Below, piece after piece: positions 1 through 10,577 of a stretch of 40,948 bases of DNA (positions within the stretch are counted from its first letter, which is position 1; the number at the start of each line of letters is the position of its first letter). Origin of the DNA: Dialister sp. (GTDB lineage Bacteria; Bacillota; Negativicutes; Veillonellales; Dialisteraceae); contig JAJWRZ010000001.1 of assembly GCA_021633965.1 (NCBI GenBank), forward strand, positions 1 to 40,948, written 5' to 3'. The notes beneath the pieces were generated by a model. That model made no database searches and was not told the origin of the DNA. It saw only the letters and a program-made list of their open reading frames with translations. The position numbers were made by a program, and so were the translations under genes.

Positions 1-106
1 CTCCGAGCCGGAGTGCGCCGATCTTTCTCGTCTTTCTCTTCTTCGCCCCTGTGACGGCCTTACCCGCAGTCTCAGAGATATCCGGAATATCAAAATTCAT
101 TGCCAT
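1..106 (-). CDS. 5' end of a hypothetical protein running off the window (MAMNFDIPDISETAGKAVTGAKKRKTRKIGALRLG...)
   Basis: ATG at 106 preceded by AGGTGAGG-like RBS; TATAAT at 144-149; frame open to the window edge. Confidence 0.5.
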   Translation of the reverse strand, partial: MAMNFDIPDISETAGKAVTGAKKRKTRKIGALRLG

Positions 107-173
107 AGCCCTCACCTGTTTTCTAAAAATTTTCACTTTACCTATTATACCTTCTTGCCGGCAGGAAAGAAAT

Positions 174-208
174 AAAAAAGAAGCCGCTCCGGAGAGCAGC
201 CTCTTTTT
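174..208 (-). terminator. Intrinsic terminator of the alpha operon
   Basis: AAGAGGCTGCTC-TCCG-GAGCGGCTTCTT plus T-tract right after the rplQ stop. Confidence 0.85.
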
Positions 209-217
209 CATTTCGTA

Positions 218-559
218 TTAGTCCACCAGGGCAATGATGACCTGAGGAGCGTTGTCGCCGAGACGAGCTTCTACCTTGACAATGCGGGTATAGCCGCCAT
301 TGCGTTCGGTATAATTCTTAGCGATTTCGTCAAACAGTTTCTTTGTAACAGCTTTATCCATGATGTAAGCTTCAGCCTGACGACGAGCATGCAGATCGCC
401 TCTCTTAGCGAGGGTGATCATCTTGTCTGCGACGTGGCGAAGTTCTTTGGCCTTAGCTTCCGTGGTGGTGATGCGGCCATACTGGAAAAGAGAAGTTACG
501 AGACTGCGCAGCAGAGCCTTGCGAGCACCGCTGATTCTTCTGAGTCTACTACGTGCCAT
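218..559 (-). CDS. rplQ: 50S ribosomal protein L17
   Basis: [30 protein letters not shown] motifs; follows rpoA. Confidence 0.98.
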   Translation of the reverse strand: MARSRLRRISGARKALLRSLVTSLFQYGRITTTEAKAKELRHVADKMITLAKRGDLHARRQAEAYIMDKAVTKKLFDEIAKNYTERNGGYTRIVKVEARLGDNAPQVIIALVD

Positions 560-580
560 TTCTTTCCTCCTATAAAACTA

Positions 581-1576
581 TCAATCCTTGGCGTTTCCAT
601 CCTTCAGACCAATTCCGAGGCCTTTGAAGTTTGTCAGTTTTTCTTTAATTTCATCTACCGATTTTTTACCAAGGTTGCGTACACGAGTCAATTCATCTTC
701 TGTCTTATCCATCAGTTCGCCGATGGTATTGATCTCGGCTCTCTTCAGGCAGTTGAATGCACGAACGGACAGTTCAAGATCGTCGATCGGGAGCTCGCGG
801 ATCTTATCGATCTCGCTTCCCTCTACGCTGACATCAGTGTCCTGTGCTTCATCAGAAACAGCCGGGACTCTATTGTCCTGTGCGTCTCCGATGTTCAGGA
901 AATTCGTGAAGCAGCTGATCAGGATGTCGGCAGCCGTTGCGACAGCATCGTCTGCATTGACGGATCCATCCGTATCCAGTTCGAGAGTCAGCTTGTCGTA
1001 GTCCATTTCATTTCCTACGCGGGTATCGCTGACGTTGTAGTTGCATTTAATGACAGGAGAATAAATGGAGTCGATCGGAATGACGCCGATGACGTCTTCC
1101 TCTCTTTTGTTCTTGGTGAAAGGAACATAGCCATGTCCACGATTGATGGTCATTTCCATGCCCAGATGAGCATCGGAATCCAGTGTGCAAATGACGAGAT
1201 CCTTGTTGAGAACATCAATTTCTGCCGGTAACTTCATGTCGCCAGCATGGAAAATACCTTCTTCAGTGATATCGATACGAACTGTCATCGGGAAGACGGC
1301 TTCTTCGTGTGCGATGAAGCGGATCTTCTTCAGGTTCAGAATCATATCGGTTACATCTTCTTTGACGCCGTTGATAGTGGAAAATTCATGAAGCACGCCG
1401 TCGATTTTGATAGACGTAATAGCCACACCGTCTAAAGATGAAAGCAACACGCGTCTTAAACTGTTTCCCAGAGTAATGCCATAGCCTCTTTCGAGCGGTT
1501 CACACTCGAACTTGCCATGACGCTTATCATCGCTGAGTTCCACAGTCTTAATTGTGAAGCTTGTATTTTCGATCAT
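581..1576 (-). CDS. rpoA: RNA polymerase alpha subunit
   Basis: EPLERGYGITLGNSLRRVLLSS; alpha-CTD IDDLELSVRAFNCLKRA...NLGKKS. Confidence 0.99.
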   Translation of the reverse strand: MIENTSFTIKTVELSDDKRHGKFECEPLERGYGITLGNSLRRVLLSSLDGVAITSIKIDGVLHEFSTINGVKEDVTDMILNLKKIRFIAHEEAVFPMTVRIDITEEGIFHAGDMKLPAEIDVLNKDLVICTLDSDAHLGMEMTINRGHGYVPFTKNKREEDVIGVIPIDSIYSPVIKCNYNVSDTRVGNEMDYDKLTLELDTDGSVNADDAVATAADILISCFTNFLNIGDAQDNRVPAVSDEAQDTDVSVEGSEIDKIRELPIDDLELSVRAFNCLKRAEINTIGELMDKTEDELTRVRNLGKKSVDEIKEKLTNFKGLGIGLKDGNAKD

Positions 1577-1633
1577 CCGAAAGTCCTCCTTCTGCGCCTT
1601 GCAGCGCCAAAATGATACGCAAAGGGGTAATCC

Positions 1634-2023
1634 TTATACTCTTCTGCGTTTCGGAGGACGGCAGCCATTGTGCGGAATTGGGGTGACGTCCTTAATGCTG
1701 CTGACTTCGATGCCTGCTGCCTGCAGTGCACGAATAGCAGCTTCACGGCCTGCGCCCGGTCCTTTGACGAAAACGTCAGCGGAACGCATTCCCTGATCGA
1801 TTGCAACCTTAGCAGCCTGTTCAGCTGCCATCTGTGCTGCGAATGGTGTGCTCTTACGAGAGCCTTTGAATCCGAGTCCGCCAGCGGATGCCCAAGCGAT
1901 GGTATTGCCGTTGGAATCAGTAATCGTTACGATCGTGTTGTTGAAAGTAGAACGAATATGAGCTGCACCGGATTCTACATGTTTTCTTTCTTTTCTTTTA
2001 GCTTTGCTTTTTACCGTAGCCAT
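1634..2023 (-). CDS. rpsK: 30S ribosomal protein S11
   Basis: [40 protein letters not shown]. Confidence 0.99.
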   Translation of the reverse strand: MATVKSKAKRKERKHVESGAAHIRSTFNNTIVTITDSNGNTIAWASAGGLGFKGSRKSTPFAAQMAAEQAAKVAIDQGMRSADVFVKGPGAGREAAIRALQAAGIEVSSIKDVTPIPHNGCRPPKRRRV

Positions 2024-2041
2024 GTTATCCCTCCTTCAACA

Positions 2042-2419
2042 TTATTTCTTAGTCGCAGTCTTTTTGCCTGCGATGGTCTTCTTCGGACCTTTACGGGTAC
2101 GAGCATTGGTCTTTGTGCGCTGTCCACGGGTCGGGAGTCCTGCACGATGACGTCTGCCTCTGTAAGAACCGATTTCTACCAGACGTTTAATGTTGAGGGA
2201 TTCTTCTCTACGAAGGTCACCTTCGACTTTATAATCAGCGAGTACGCCGCGGATCTTTGCTACATCATCTTCAGACAGATCTCTGACGCGGATGTCAGCA
2301 TCAATTCCTGCTTTGCTTAAAATTTCTTTGGAAAGAGTGGGGCCAATTCCATAAATATAAGTTAAGCCGATCTCAACGCGCTTATCTCTTGGTAAGTCTA
2401 CACCAGCTATACGTGCCAT
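2042..2419 (-). CDS. rpsM: 30S ribosomal protein S13
   Basis: [24 protein letters not shown]. Confidence 0.99.
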   Translation of the reverse strand: MARIAGVDLPRDKRVEIGLTYIYGIGPTLSKEILSKAGIDADIRVRDLSEDDVAKIRGVLADYKVEGDLRREESLNIKRLVEIGSYRGRRHRAGLPTRGQRTKTNARTRKGPKKTIAGKKTATKK

Positions 2420-2441
2420 CTACTCTTTAACCTCCTTTTAA

Positions 2442-2555
2442 TTAACCTTGTCTCTGCTTATGTTTCGGATTTTCACAAATGACCATTACACGGCCTTTGC
2501 GTTTGATGATCTTGCACTTGTCGCACATCTTTTTGACGGACGGTCTGACCTTCAT
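2442..2555 (-). CDS. rpmJ: 50S ribosomal protein L36 (37 aa, zinc-ribbon form)
   Basis: Not in ORF track; manual translation [37 protein letters not shown] with AAGGAGG RBS. Confidence 0.98.
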   Translation of the reverse strand: MKVRPSVKKMCDKCKIIKRKGRVMVICENPKHKQRQG

Positions 2556-2571
2556 CTTGGTTCCTCCTTGC

Positions 2572-2793
2572 TTACTTGTAACGATAGGTAATCCTGCCGT
2601 GCTCTAAATCGTAGGGCGTCAATTCTACTGTTACTTTATCCCCTGGCAGGATGCGGATGAAATTCATACGCATTTTGCCGGAAATCGTAGCCAGCACAAT
2701 ATGTCCGCCGTTTTCCAATTTGACACGGAACATGGCGTTTGGAAGTTTTTCTACTACTTTGCCTTCGACTTCAATAACGTCTGCCTTGCTCAT
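2572..2793 (-). CDS. infA: Translation initiation factor IF-1
   Basis: [33 protein letters not shown]. Confidence 0.99.
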   Translation of the reverse strand: MSKADVIEVEGKVVEKLPNAMFRVKLENGGHIVLATISGKMRMNFIRILPGDKVTVELTPYDLEHGRITYRYK

Positions 2794-2841
2794 GAGAGCC
2801 TCCTTTGGCTTATCATATGCTGACCGCCTGTAACAATGGAA

Positions 2842-3594
2842 TCAATGGCGCAGCGTCAGAATTTTTGGACCATCTTTGGTAATGGTAGTGGTGTGTTCGA
2901 TATGAGCCGACGGTTTACCGTCTGCTGTCACGACGCCCCATCCATCACGAAGGGAGATGATGTCCGGACTGCCCATGGTGATCATGGGTTCAATACAGAT
3001 GCACATGCCTTCTTCCAGACGTGGTCCATGTCCTGGTGTACCGTAGTTTGGAACTTCCGGATCTTCATGCATACCGATTCCGATGCCGTGACCTACATAT
3101 TCACGAAGTACTCCATAGCCATAGGGCTTCACGTAGCTTTCGACAGCGTGACCGATGTCGCCTACGGTATTGCCTATTACGGCCTGCTTGATGCCAGCAA
3201 AGAGTGCACCTTCGGTGGCGGAAATCAGCTGGAGGTTTTTCTTGTTTGTATGTCCTACCGGAACAGTGATACAGGAGTCACCCATGTAACCATTTAATTG
3301 TACCACAAGATCAATAGAAATGATATCACCTTTTTTAAGAATTTTTCTTCTCGAAGGGATTCCGTGGACAACAGTATCGTTAACAGAGGCACAGATGGTG
3401 GCAGGGAAGCCTTCATAGCCTTTGCAGGCTGGGATCCCGCCTCTGTCTCGGATAAATTTTTCAGCCAGTTCATCGAGTTCATAGGTACTCATCCCCGGCT
3501 TTACGGCTTTTTCAAGCATAGAGAGAGTATCCGCAGTCAGTCTCCCAGCTGCGGAAATTTTCTCTACCTCTTCAGGTGTATAAACGGTGATCAT
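2842..3594 (-). CDS. map: Type I methionine aminopeptidase
   Basis: ICASVNDTVVHGIP, GHGIG..MHEDP, IEPMI, SAHIEHT; ATGA overlap with adk. Confidence 0.97.
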   Translation of the reverse strand: MITVYTPEEVEKISAAGRLTADTLSMLEKAVKPGMSTYELDELAEKFIRDRGGIPACKGYEGFPATICASVNDTVVHGIPSRRKILKKGDIISIDLVVQLNGYMGDSCITVPVGHTNKKNLQLISATEGALFAGIKQAVIGNTVGDIGHAVESYVKPYGYGVLREYVGHGIGIGMHEDPEVPNYGTPGHGPRLEEGMCICIEPMITMGSPDIISLRDGWGVVTADGKPSAHIEHTTTITKDGPKILTLRH

Positions 3595-4244
3595 TTGGAA
3601 GCCTTCTTCAAAGCATCCTGGATGTCGGCATATACCTCATCCATGCTCTGATCTCCGTTGATTTCATAGTAGCGGCCGCTGACCTTGTAGTAGTCGATCA
3701 GTGGTTTTGTGGACTTGTCATAGACATTGAGTCTTTCGCCCACTGTCTTCTCATTGTCATCAGCACGCTGATACAGTTCGCCGCCGCAGTTGTCGCATAC
3801 GCCTTCGACCTTTGGCTGACGGAAAAGTTTATGGAAGGAAGCACCGCATTTTCTGCACACCAGTCTGCCGCTGACTCTCTTCACCAGGTCATCTCTGTTG
3901 GCTTTGATGCCGATGACGGCGGTGAGCTGGATTCCGAGTTCATGGAGAATGGCATCGAGTGCAGATGCCTGTGCCGTGGTACGCGGGAAGCCGTCAAGAA
4001 TCCAGCCCTTCTGGCAGTCTTCCTGAGCGAGTCTTTCCTTGACGATACCAACAGTTACGCTGTCCGGTACAAGGTCGCCCTTGTCCATGTAGCTTTTTGC
4101 TTCCTTACCAAGAGCAGTTCCTGATTTCACGGCTGCACGGAACATGTCGCCGGTGGAAATCTGGGGGATGCCGTAATCGCGAATGAGTCTTTCTGCCTGA
4201 GTGCCTTTGCCTGCACCTGGAGGTCCCATCAATAAGATATACAT
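3591..4244 (-). CDS. adk: Adenylate kinase with zinc LID
   Basis: GPPGAGKGTQA, LDGFPRT, CxxC...CxxC. Confidence 0.98.
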   Translation of the reverse strand: MYILLMGPPGAGKGTQAERLIRDYGIPQISTGDMFRAAVKSGTALGKEAKSYMDKGDLVPDSVTVGIVKERLAQEDCQKGWILDGFPRTTAQASALDAILHELGIQLTAVIGIKANRDDLVKRVSGRLVCRKCGASFHKLFRQPKVEGVCDNCGGELYQRADDNEKTVGERLNVYDKSTKPLIDYYKVSGRYYEINGDQSMDEVYADIQDALKKASK

Positions 4245-4271
4245 ATCCCTTACTCCTTTAGGAAAAAGGCT

Positions 4272-5534
4272 TTATTTGATAAAGCCCTGATAGTTTCTTG
4301 TGACCATATAGGACTGTGCCTGTCTCATGGTATCGAGGGCAACGCCGACGATAATGAGAAGGGAGGTACCGCCGAAGTACACGCCCTGGATGCCTGTGAT
4401 GTTTCCGATGAAATTCGGAAGGATCGCCACAAAGGCAAGGAATACAGCCCCGGTCAGGGTGATTCTGGACAATACCTTGTCTACATACATCATGGTCGGC
4501 TGGCCAGGACGAATGCCCGGAATAAAGCCGCCATACTTCTTCATGTTATCAGCGAGATCTTTGATGTTGACAGAGATCGCGGTATAGAAATACGTGAAGA
4601 TAAAAATGAGGAAGCCGTAGCAGATGGTGTTTGGCCAGGTGCCCCATCCAAAGAAATTGCCGACAGCCTGTACCCAGCCGATATGAACGAACTGTGCAAG
4701 GGTGACGGGAAGCATGAGAATGGAGGAAGCGAAGATGATCGGAATGACACCGGCCTGATTCACCTTGAGCGGCAGGTAGGTGGAGTGTCCGCCATACATT
4801 CTGCGTCCAATGACACGCTTTGCATACTGGATAGGAATTCTGCGCTGCCCTTCATTGACTTCGATGACCATCAGGATCATGACGAGAGCAATGACAAGGA
4901 ACAGAAGCAGCTGGAACGGAGAAATGGTACCGACCTTCAAGTAATCGATCACCGTGGTGATAGCCTGCGGGAAGCGGGCTACGATACCACAGAAGATGAT
5001 GAGGGAAATACCATTACCGATCCCGTGTTCCGTAATTTTTTCGCCGATCCACATGAGGAGGCAGGTGCCAGCGGTGAGGACGACGACAACGAATACAAAA
5101 TACAGCCAGCTGTTATCGACAAGAGCATTGTTGATGCGCAGGGCATAGGTCATGCCGAATGCCTGTACAGCTGCGAGGAAGATCGTGAAGTATCTTGTGA
5201 CCTTCTGAATCTTCTTGAAACCTTCCTGTCCGTCCTTTCTCCATTCTTCGAGTGTAGGAATGACGGCCGTCAGGAGCTGCATAATGATGGAAGAGTTGAT
5301 GTAAGGGGTGATACTCATAGCAAAAATAGAGAATTTGCTGAGCGCACCGCCTGAGAAGAGATCCAGGAAGCCGAAAAGGTTTCCGGATGTAAACAGACTT
5401 TCAATGACAGAAGCGTCAACTCCCGGTACCGGGATATGGACTCCCAGTCGGAAGATGACGAACATCATGAAGGTGAAGAGGATGCGATCTTTGAGTTCTT
5501 TGTTGGCAAAAAGGTTTGCGATCACAGACCCCAT
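4272..5534 (-). CDS. secY: Preprotein translocase subunit SecY
   Basis: SIFAMSITPYINSSIIMQLL, GIGNGISLIIF, IPGIRPG, FGGTSLLI. Confidence 0.99.
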   Translation of the reverse strand: MGSVIANLFANKELKDRILFTFMMFVIFRLGVHIPVPGVDASVIESLFTSGNLFGFLDLFSGGALSKFSIFAMSITPYINSSIIMQLLTAVIPTLEEWRKDGQEGFKKIQKVTRYFTIFLAAVQAFGMTYALRINNALVDNSWLYFVFVVVVLTAGTCLLMWIGEKITEHGIGNGISLIIFCGIVARFPQAITTVIDYLKVGTISPFQLLLFLVIALVMILMVIEVNEGQRRIPIQYAKRVIGRRMYGGHSTYLPLKVNQAGVIPIIFASSILMLPVTLAQFVHIGWVQAVGNFFGWGTWPNTICYGFLIFIFTYFYTAISVNIKDLADNMKKYGGFIPGIRPGQPTMMYVDKVLSRITLTGAVFLAFVAILPNFIGNITGIQGVYFGGTSLLIIVGVALDTMRQAQSYMVTRNYQGFIK

Positions 5535-5535
5535 A

Positions 5536-5976
5536 TTAGATCACCTCTACTTTTCCACCTGCTGCTTCGATTTTCTGCTGAGCGCCTTTAGTGAAGCCCT
5601 GAGCTCTTACGGTAAGAGCTTTGGAGAGTTCACCGCTTCCCAGAACACGTACACCATCGAGAACGTTCTTCAGAATACCTGCTTCAACGAGAGCGACCGG
5701 ATCAACAACAGCATTGTCTTCGAAACGGTTCAGCTGTTCAACATTAACTTCGGAGTATTCTTTAGCGAAAATATTTTTGAAGCCGCGCTTTGGAAGACGA
5801 CGGTACAGAGGCATCTGGCCGCCTTCAAATCCCGGACGTACGCCGCCGCCGGTTCTAGCGTTCTGGCCTTTTGCACCGCGGGTGGACTGCTTGCCCATGC
5901 CGCTGCCGAGACCTCTGCCTACACGACGACGAACTCTTGTGGAACCTTCAGCTGGTTTCAGTTCATGAAGTTTCAT
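5536..5976 (-). CDS. rplO: 50S ribosomal protein L15
   Basis: [29 protein letters not shown]. Confidence 0.99.
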   Translation of the reverse strand: MKLHELKPAEGSTRVRRRVGRGLGSGMGKQSTRGAKGQNARTGGGVRPGFEGGQMPLYRRLPKRGFKNIFAKEYSEVNVEQLNRFEDNAVVDPVALVEAGILKNVLDGVRVLGSGELSKALTVRAQGFTKGAQQKIEAAGGKVEVI

Positions 5977-5995
5977 TAGTGCACCTCCTTCTTAT

Positions 5996-6175
5996 TTATT
6001 CTGCTTCTTTGCAGTCAACCAGATGACGGACAGAGTGAATCATGCCCTTGATCTGTGGGGTAAGTTCTTTTTCAACAGAGGAGTGGGTCTTTTTGAGTCC
6101 CAGAGCCTTGATGGTAGCGACATGTTCCGGTCTGGAGCCGATGACGCTCTTTTTCAGTGTAACGATAACTTTCAT
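5996..6175 (-). CDS. rpmD: 50S ribosomal protein L30 (59 aa)
   Basis: Not in ORF track; manual translation MKVIVTLKKSVIG...TIKALGLKK...GMIHSVRHLV, between rpsE and rplO. Confidence 0.95.
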   Translation of the reverse strand: MKVIVTLKKSVIGSRPEHVATIKALGLKKTHSSVEKELTPQIKGMIHSVRHLVDCKEAE

Positions 6176-6186
6176 GTGGGGCCCCC

Positions 6187-6687
6187 TTAGTTGTAAATTT
6201 CGTCTACGGACTTGCCACGAAGTGCTGCAACAGTTTCAACATTTTCGAGTTTAGCGAGACCGTCCATGGTAGCTCTTACCATGTTGATCGGATTGGAGGA
6301 ACCCAGGGACTTGGTCAGGATGTTGCGGATACCTGCCATAGCGAGTACGCTTCTGACCGGGCCGCCTGCTTTGACGCCGGTACCTTCGGCAGCAGGTTTC
6401 ATGATGACTTTGCCGGCACCATAGATACCGAGCATCGGATGAGGAATCGTACCGTTCTTCAGAGCAACGGTGATCATATTCTTCTTGGCATCTTCGACGC
6501 CCTTACGGATAGCTTCCGGAACTTCAGCAGCTTTGCCGAGGCCTGCGCCTACTTTGCCTTTGCCATCGCCGACTACTACAACTGCAGCAAAGGAAAAACG
6601 ACGGCCGCCTTTTACGACTTTAGCAACGCGGTTAATGAAAACAACGTTTTCCTGTAAGTCGGATTCCTGTTTTTCAAATCTTGGCAT
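6187..6687 (-). CDS. rpsE: 30S ribosomal protein S5
   Basis: [31 protein letters not shown]. Confidence 0.99.
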   Translation of the reverse strand: MPRFEKQESDLQENVVFINRVAKVVKGGRRFSFAAVVVVGDGKGKVGAGLGKAAEVPEAIRKGVEDAKKNMITVALKNGTIPHPMLGIYGAGKVIMKPAAEGTGVKAGGPVRSVLAMAGIRNILTKSLGSSNPINMVRATMDGLAKLENVETVAALRGKSVDEIYN

Positions 6688-6704
6688 GTGTTTTCTCCTT
6701 TACC

Positions 6705-7070
6705 TTAAAATTTCAAGCCAGCTTCGCGAGCGCCATCAGCCAGAGCCTGGACTCTGCCATGATAGATGTAGCCGCCGCGATCGAATACGACGTTTTCGAT
6801 GCCCTTTTCCAGAGCTCTCTTTGCTACCAGCGCGCCGACTGCTTTTGCAGCATCTGCGTTGCCGCCGTATGGGAATTCAGCTTTAATTTCTTTGTCTAAG
6901 GTATTTGCGGATACCAGCGTTACGCCAGCTTCATCATCGATGATCTGAGCGTAGATGTTAGCCAGGGAACGGAAAACATTGAGACGCGGGCAAGCGGCAG
7001 TACCGGAGATTTTTTTACGAAGACGCAGATGACGGCGAATGACCGCATTTCTGCTTGCATTTTTACGCAT
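6705..7070 (-). CDS. rplR: 50S ribosomal protein L18
   Basis: [29 protein letters not shown]. Confidence 0.98.
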   Translation of the reverse strand: MRKNASRNAVIRRHLRLRKKISGTAACPRLNVFRSLANIYAQIIDDEAGVTLVSANTLDKEIKAEFPYGGNADAAKAVGALVAKRALEKGIENVVFDRGGYIYHGRVQALADGAREAGLKF

Positions 7071-7088
7071 AGTTCTTTACCTCCTGTC

Positions 7089-7631
7089 TTACTTTGTTGC
7101 GCCGGTCTTACCAGCCTTACGGCGTACGTATTCACCGGAGTAACGGATACCTTTGCCTTTGTAAGGTTCAGGCTGGCGCCAAGCGCGGATTTCTGCAGCG
7201 ATCTGTCCAACCTTTTCCTTATCGCAGCCAGATACCACGATAACAACAGAAGACGGGGTGGAAATGGTGATGCCTTCCGGTGGAGTTACGATAACCGGAT
7301 GGGAGAAGCCGAGAGCCAGTTTCAGGTTCTTGCCCTGCATCTGTGCATTGTAGCCGACGCCCTGGATTTCGAGCTTCTTTTCAAAACCTTCCGTAACGCC
7401 TACTACCATGTTATGGATGAGGGTACGGTTGAGTCCGTGCAGGGAACGGTTTTTGATATCATCATTCGGACGGGTAACGAGGATCTCGTTGCCTTCCATC
7501 TGAACTCCGATTTCTTCATTCAGTGTACGGGTGAGTGTGCCTTTCGGACCTTTTACGGTGACTGTATGGCCGTCAATCTTGACTTCCACACCTGCCGGTA
7601 CCGTAATCGGTTTTCTGCCAATTCTGGACAT
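7089..7631 (-). CDS. rplF: 50S ribosomal protein L6
   Basis: [27 protein letters not shown]. Confidence 0.99.
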   Translation of the reverse strand: MSRIGRKPITVPAGVEVKIDGHTVTVKGPKGTLTRTLNEEIGVQMEGNEILVTRPNDDIKNRSLHGLNRTLIHNMVVGVTEGFEKKLEIQGVGYNAQMQGKNLKLALGFSHPVIVTPPEGITISTPSSVVIVVSGCDKEKVGQIAAEIRAWRQPEPYKGKGIRYSGEYVRRKAGKTGATK

Positions 7632-7647
7632 ATTTTACCTCCAACGA

Positions 7648-8046
7648 TTACCAGACAAACGCAAGAACTTCGCCGCCAAGACCAGCTTTACGAGCTGCTT
7701 TGTCGGTCATAACGCCCTTGGATGTGGAAATAATAGCGATACCAAGTCCGCCGAGTACCTTCGGCAGTTCATCTTTGCCTGCATATACGCGCAGACCCGG
7801 TTTGGAAATTCTCTTCAGACCTTTGATGACCTTTTCACGGTTTGCGCCGTATTTCAGAGCTACGCGCAGTTCCGGATGTCCTTCGACTTCGATCTGTTCA
7901 ACGCTTTTTACAAAGCCTTCGTCTTTTAAAATAGCCAGCACAGCAGCCTTCATTTTAGAAGCAGGCATATCTACTTTATCATGATATGCATCGTTCGCAT
8001 TACGAATACGGGTAAGCATATCCGCAATCGGATCGGTTGTTACCAT
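7648..8046 (-). CDS. rpsH: 30S ribosomal protein S8
   Basis: [32 protein letters not shown]. Confidence 0.99.
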   Translation of the reverse strand: MVTTDPIADMLTRIRNANDAYHDKVDMPASKMKAAVLAILKDEGFVKSVEQIEVEGHPELRVALKYGANREKVIKGLKRISKPGLRVYAGKDELPKVLGGLGIAIISTSKGVMTDKAARKAGLGGEVLAFVW

Positions 8047-8068
8047 TATTTATCCTCCTCCCGAAATC

Positions 8069-8338
8069 TTACCAGCTGGCTTTTTTAATACCCGGAATTT
8101 CTCCGCGGTAAGCCAAATCACGGAACTGGTTACGGCAGATTCCGAATTTACGCATGAAGCCGTGGGGACGGCCAGTCAGTTTGCAACGGTTGTGCAGGCG
8201 TGTTGGGGAAGCGTTGCGCGGGAGCTTGGAAAGAGCTTCCCAGTCGCCGGCTTCTTTCAGAGCCTGACGCTTTTCAGCGTATTTAAGAACTGCGAGTTCT
8301 CTTTTCTTCTCGCGTTCCAGCATAGACTTCTTTGCCAT
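8069..8338 (-). CDS. rpsN: 30S ribosomal protein S14, 89-aa C-minus form
   Basis: Start reassigned to the ATG at 8338 after AGGAGG; MAKKSM...[22 protein letters not shown]...ICRNQFR...KASW. Confidence 0.96.
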   Translation of the reverse strand: MAKKSMLEREKKRELAVLKYAEKRQALKEAGDWEALSKLPRNASPTRLHNRCKLTGRPHGFMRKFGICRNQFRDLAYRGEIPGIKKASW

Positions 8339-8351
8339 GTTGTCCTCCTGG

Positions 8352-8891
8352 TTATTTCTTGAACGGCATGCCGAACTGACGGAGAAGTTCACGTGCTTCT
8401 TCATCGGTCTTAGCCGTTGTTACTACAATGATATCCATGCCACGGATGCGGTCGATCTTTTCATAGTCGACTTCCGGGAAAATCAGCTGTTCTTTTACGC
8501 CGAATGCATAGTTTCCGCGGCCGTCGAAGCTCTGGTCGCTGATGCCACGGAAGTCACGTACGCGTGGAAGAGCGATGTTGATCAGACGATCGAGGAATTC
8601 GTACATTCTGTCACCACGAAGGGTAACTTTGCAGCCGAGCGGCATTCCTTCACGGATCTTCCATGCAGCCAGGGATTTATGGGCTTTGCAGATCATCGGC
8701 TGCTGGCCGGTGATCGCTGCGAGATCGGATGCTGCAGCGTCTACTGCTTTGCTGTTTTCGGTTGCTTCGCCTACACCGATGTTGATGACGATTTTATCCA
8801 GCTTCGGGATTTCCATGTCATTCTTGTAGCCGAATTTTTCGCGCATGGTGTTTTTAATCTGCGCTTTGTATAAGTCGTTTAATCTGGACAC
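8352..8891 (-). CDS. rplE: 50S ribosomal protein L5
   Basis: [30 protein letters not shown] start. Confidence 0.99.
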   Translation of the reverse strand: MSRLNDLYKAQIKNTMREKFGYKNDMEIPKLDKIVINIGVGEATENSKAVDAAASDLAAITGQQPMICKAHKSLAAWKIREGMPLGCKVTLRGDRMYEFLDRLINIALPRVRDFRGISDQSFDGRGNYAFGVKEQLIFPEVDYEKIDRIRGMDIIVVTTAKTDEEARELLRQFGMPFKK

Positions 8892-8910
8892 TTGTTATCC
8901 TCCTTCCCGC

Positions 8911-9240
8911 TTAGGCTTTGTCAATAATAGCGCCGCTCTTGACAGCTGCTCTGACGTAAGTTCCGTCTTTCTGCTGAACTTTCTTGACGCGGGTCGGTTT
9001 CTTTGTTTCCGGATCCAGGATCATGACTTTGGAAGCATAGAGCGGAGCTTCCTTCTCGATGATGCCGCCCTTCGGGTTTGCCTGGCTCGGTTTGGTGTGT
9101 CTTTTGATCATGTTGACGCCTTCAACGACAACACGGCCTTCCTTCGGCATAGCAGCTTTGACTTTGCCCTGCTTGCCTTTATCTTTGCCGGAAATGACTA
9201 CAACGGTGTCACCGGTCTTTACATGCAGTTTCTGACTCAT
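8911..9240 (-). CDS. rplX: 50S ribosomal protein L24
   Basis: KOW motif [18 protein letters not shown]. Confidence 0.98.
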   Translation of the reverse strand: MSQKLHVKTGDTVVVISGKDKGKQGKVKAAMPKEGRVVVEGVNMIKRHTKPSQANPKGGIIEKEAPLYASKVMILDPETKKPTRVKKVQQKDGTYVRAAVKSGAIIDKA

Positions 9241-9255
9241 TCGTTTGCCTCCCTA

Positions 9256-9624
9256 TTAGAGCACTTCCGGAGCCAGGGAAACGATCTTCATGAAATCTTT
9301 TTCACGGAGTTCTCTTGCTACCGGTCCAAAAATACGTGTTCCTACCGGGCTCTTGTCATCTTTTACGATAACGACTGCGTTTTCGTCAAAACGGATATGG
9401 GATCCGTCGCTGCGGCTTACACCGCTAACGGAACGAACTACAACAGCTTTTACTACCTGGCCCTTCTTAACAACGCCGCCGGGGGTTGCATCTTTGACCG
9501 TACAAACTACAATATCACCGATATTGCCGCTTTTACGGAAGGAACCACCCAGAACTTTGATGACCAGGACGTTCTTAGCACCGGTATTATCTGCAACGTT
9601 GAGTCTGCTTTCCTGCTGAATCAT
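9256..9624 (-). CDS. rplN: 50S ribosomal protein L14
   Basis: [28 protein letters not shown]. Confidence 0.99.
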   Translation of the reverse strand: MIQQESRLNVADNTGAKNVLVIKVLGGSFRKSGNIGDIVVCTVKDATPGGVVKKGQVVKAVVVRSVSGVSRSDGSHIRFDENAVVIVKDDKSPVGTRIFGPVARELREKDFMKIVSLAPEVL

Positions 9625-9656
9625 CGTGCCTATCCTCCTATATTAATCTTTGTATA

Positions 9657-9917
9657 TCAGTTCTGACGGGCAACGATTTTTTCAACTCTCCAACGCTTGT
9701 CATGAGACAGCGGGCGGGTTTCGACGATGCGTACGGTATCACCGACACGGCATTCGTTGTTTTCGTCATGCGCTTTGAACTTTGTTGTGGTATTAATCGA
9801 TTTTTTGTAGAGCTTGTGGGGAACTTTGCGTTCTACAGCAACAACTACGGTTTTATCCATCTTGTCGCTGACAACAATTCCCTGGCGCACCTTGCGCAAC
9901 TTTCTTTCTTCTGCCAC
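9657..9917 (-). CDS. rpsQ: 30S ribosomal protein S17
   Basis: [21 protein letters not shown] start. Confidence 0.98.
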   Translation of the reverse strand: MAEERKLRKVRQGIVVSDKMDKTVVVAVERKVPHKLYKKSINTTTKFKAHDENNECRVGDTVRIVETRPLSHDKRWRVEKIVARQN

Positions 9918-9943
9918 GTTGAGATCCTCCTTTGGATAAACCG

Positions 9944-10150
9944 TTATGCCTTCTTGGCAGCCTTCAATTCTTCTTCGCGCTGTACAGTCTTGATGCGAGC
10001 GATGGTCTTCTTTACTTCACGAATACGCATCGGGTTTTCAAGCTGTCCTGTAGCGAGCTGAAAACGGAGGTTAAACAGTTCTTCCTTTAAGCCGGCAACC
10101 TTTTCAGTTAATTCGGCAGTGCTCAGGTTACGAATTTCATTGACCTTCAT
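9944..10150 (-). CDS. rpmC: 50S ribosomal protein L29
   Basis: [28 protein letters not shown] at 10150 preferred over GTG at 10159. Confidence 0.96.
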   Translation of the reverse strand: MKVNEIRNLSTAELTEKVAGLKEELFNLRFQLATGQLENPMRIREVKKTIARIKTVQREEELKAAKKA

Positions 10151-10151
10151 T

Positions 10152-10577
10152 TTATTCACCTGCCACTTCTTGACCTTTAACTACAAATTTTGTCTTGATT
10201 GGCAGCTTGTGGCCTGCAAGGCGCATTGCTTCCTTTGCAGCTTCCATGGAGATGCCACCCATTTCGAACATCACGCGGCCCGGTTTAACTACGGCTACCC
10301 AGTATTCAACTGCGCCTTTACCGGAACCCTGACGGGTACCAATTGGTTTAGCAGAAACCGGTTTGTCTGGGAAAATCTTGATCCAGACCTTGCCGCCACG
10401 TTTGGTGTAACGGGTCATGGCAATACGGGCTGCTTCGATCTGACGGCTGGTAATCCAGGACGGTTCGGTGGCTACCAGACCAAATTCACCGTAAGTAACG
10501 GTGTTTCCACGATGTGCTTTGCCTTTCATACGGCCGCGGAACTGTTTACGATATTTTGTACGCTTTGGAATTAACAT
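10152..10577 (-). CDS. rplP: 50S ribosomal protein L16
   Basis: [27 protein letters not shown]. Confidence 0.99.
   Translation of the reverse strand: MLIPKRTKYRKQFRGRMKGKAHRGNTVTYGEFGLVATEPSWITSRQIEAARIAMTRYTKRGGKVWIKIFPDKPVSAKPIGTRQGSGKGAVEYWVAVVKPGRVMFEMGGISMEAAKEAMRLAGHKLPIKTKFVVKGQEVAGE

Noticed and set aside
8339..8404. N-terminal extension of S14 in the ORF track (111 aa)
   Set aside because: Overlaps rplE; the RBS supports the ATG at 8338
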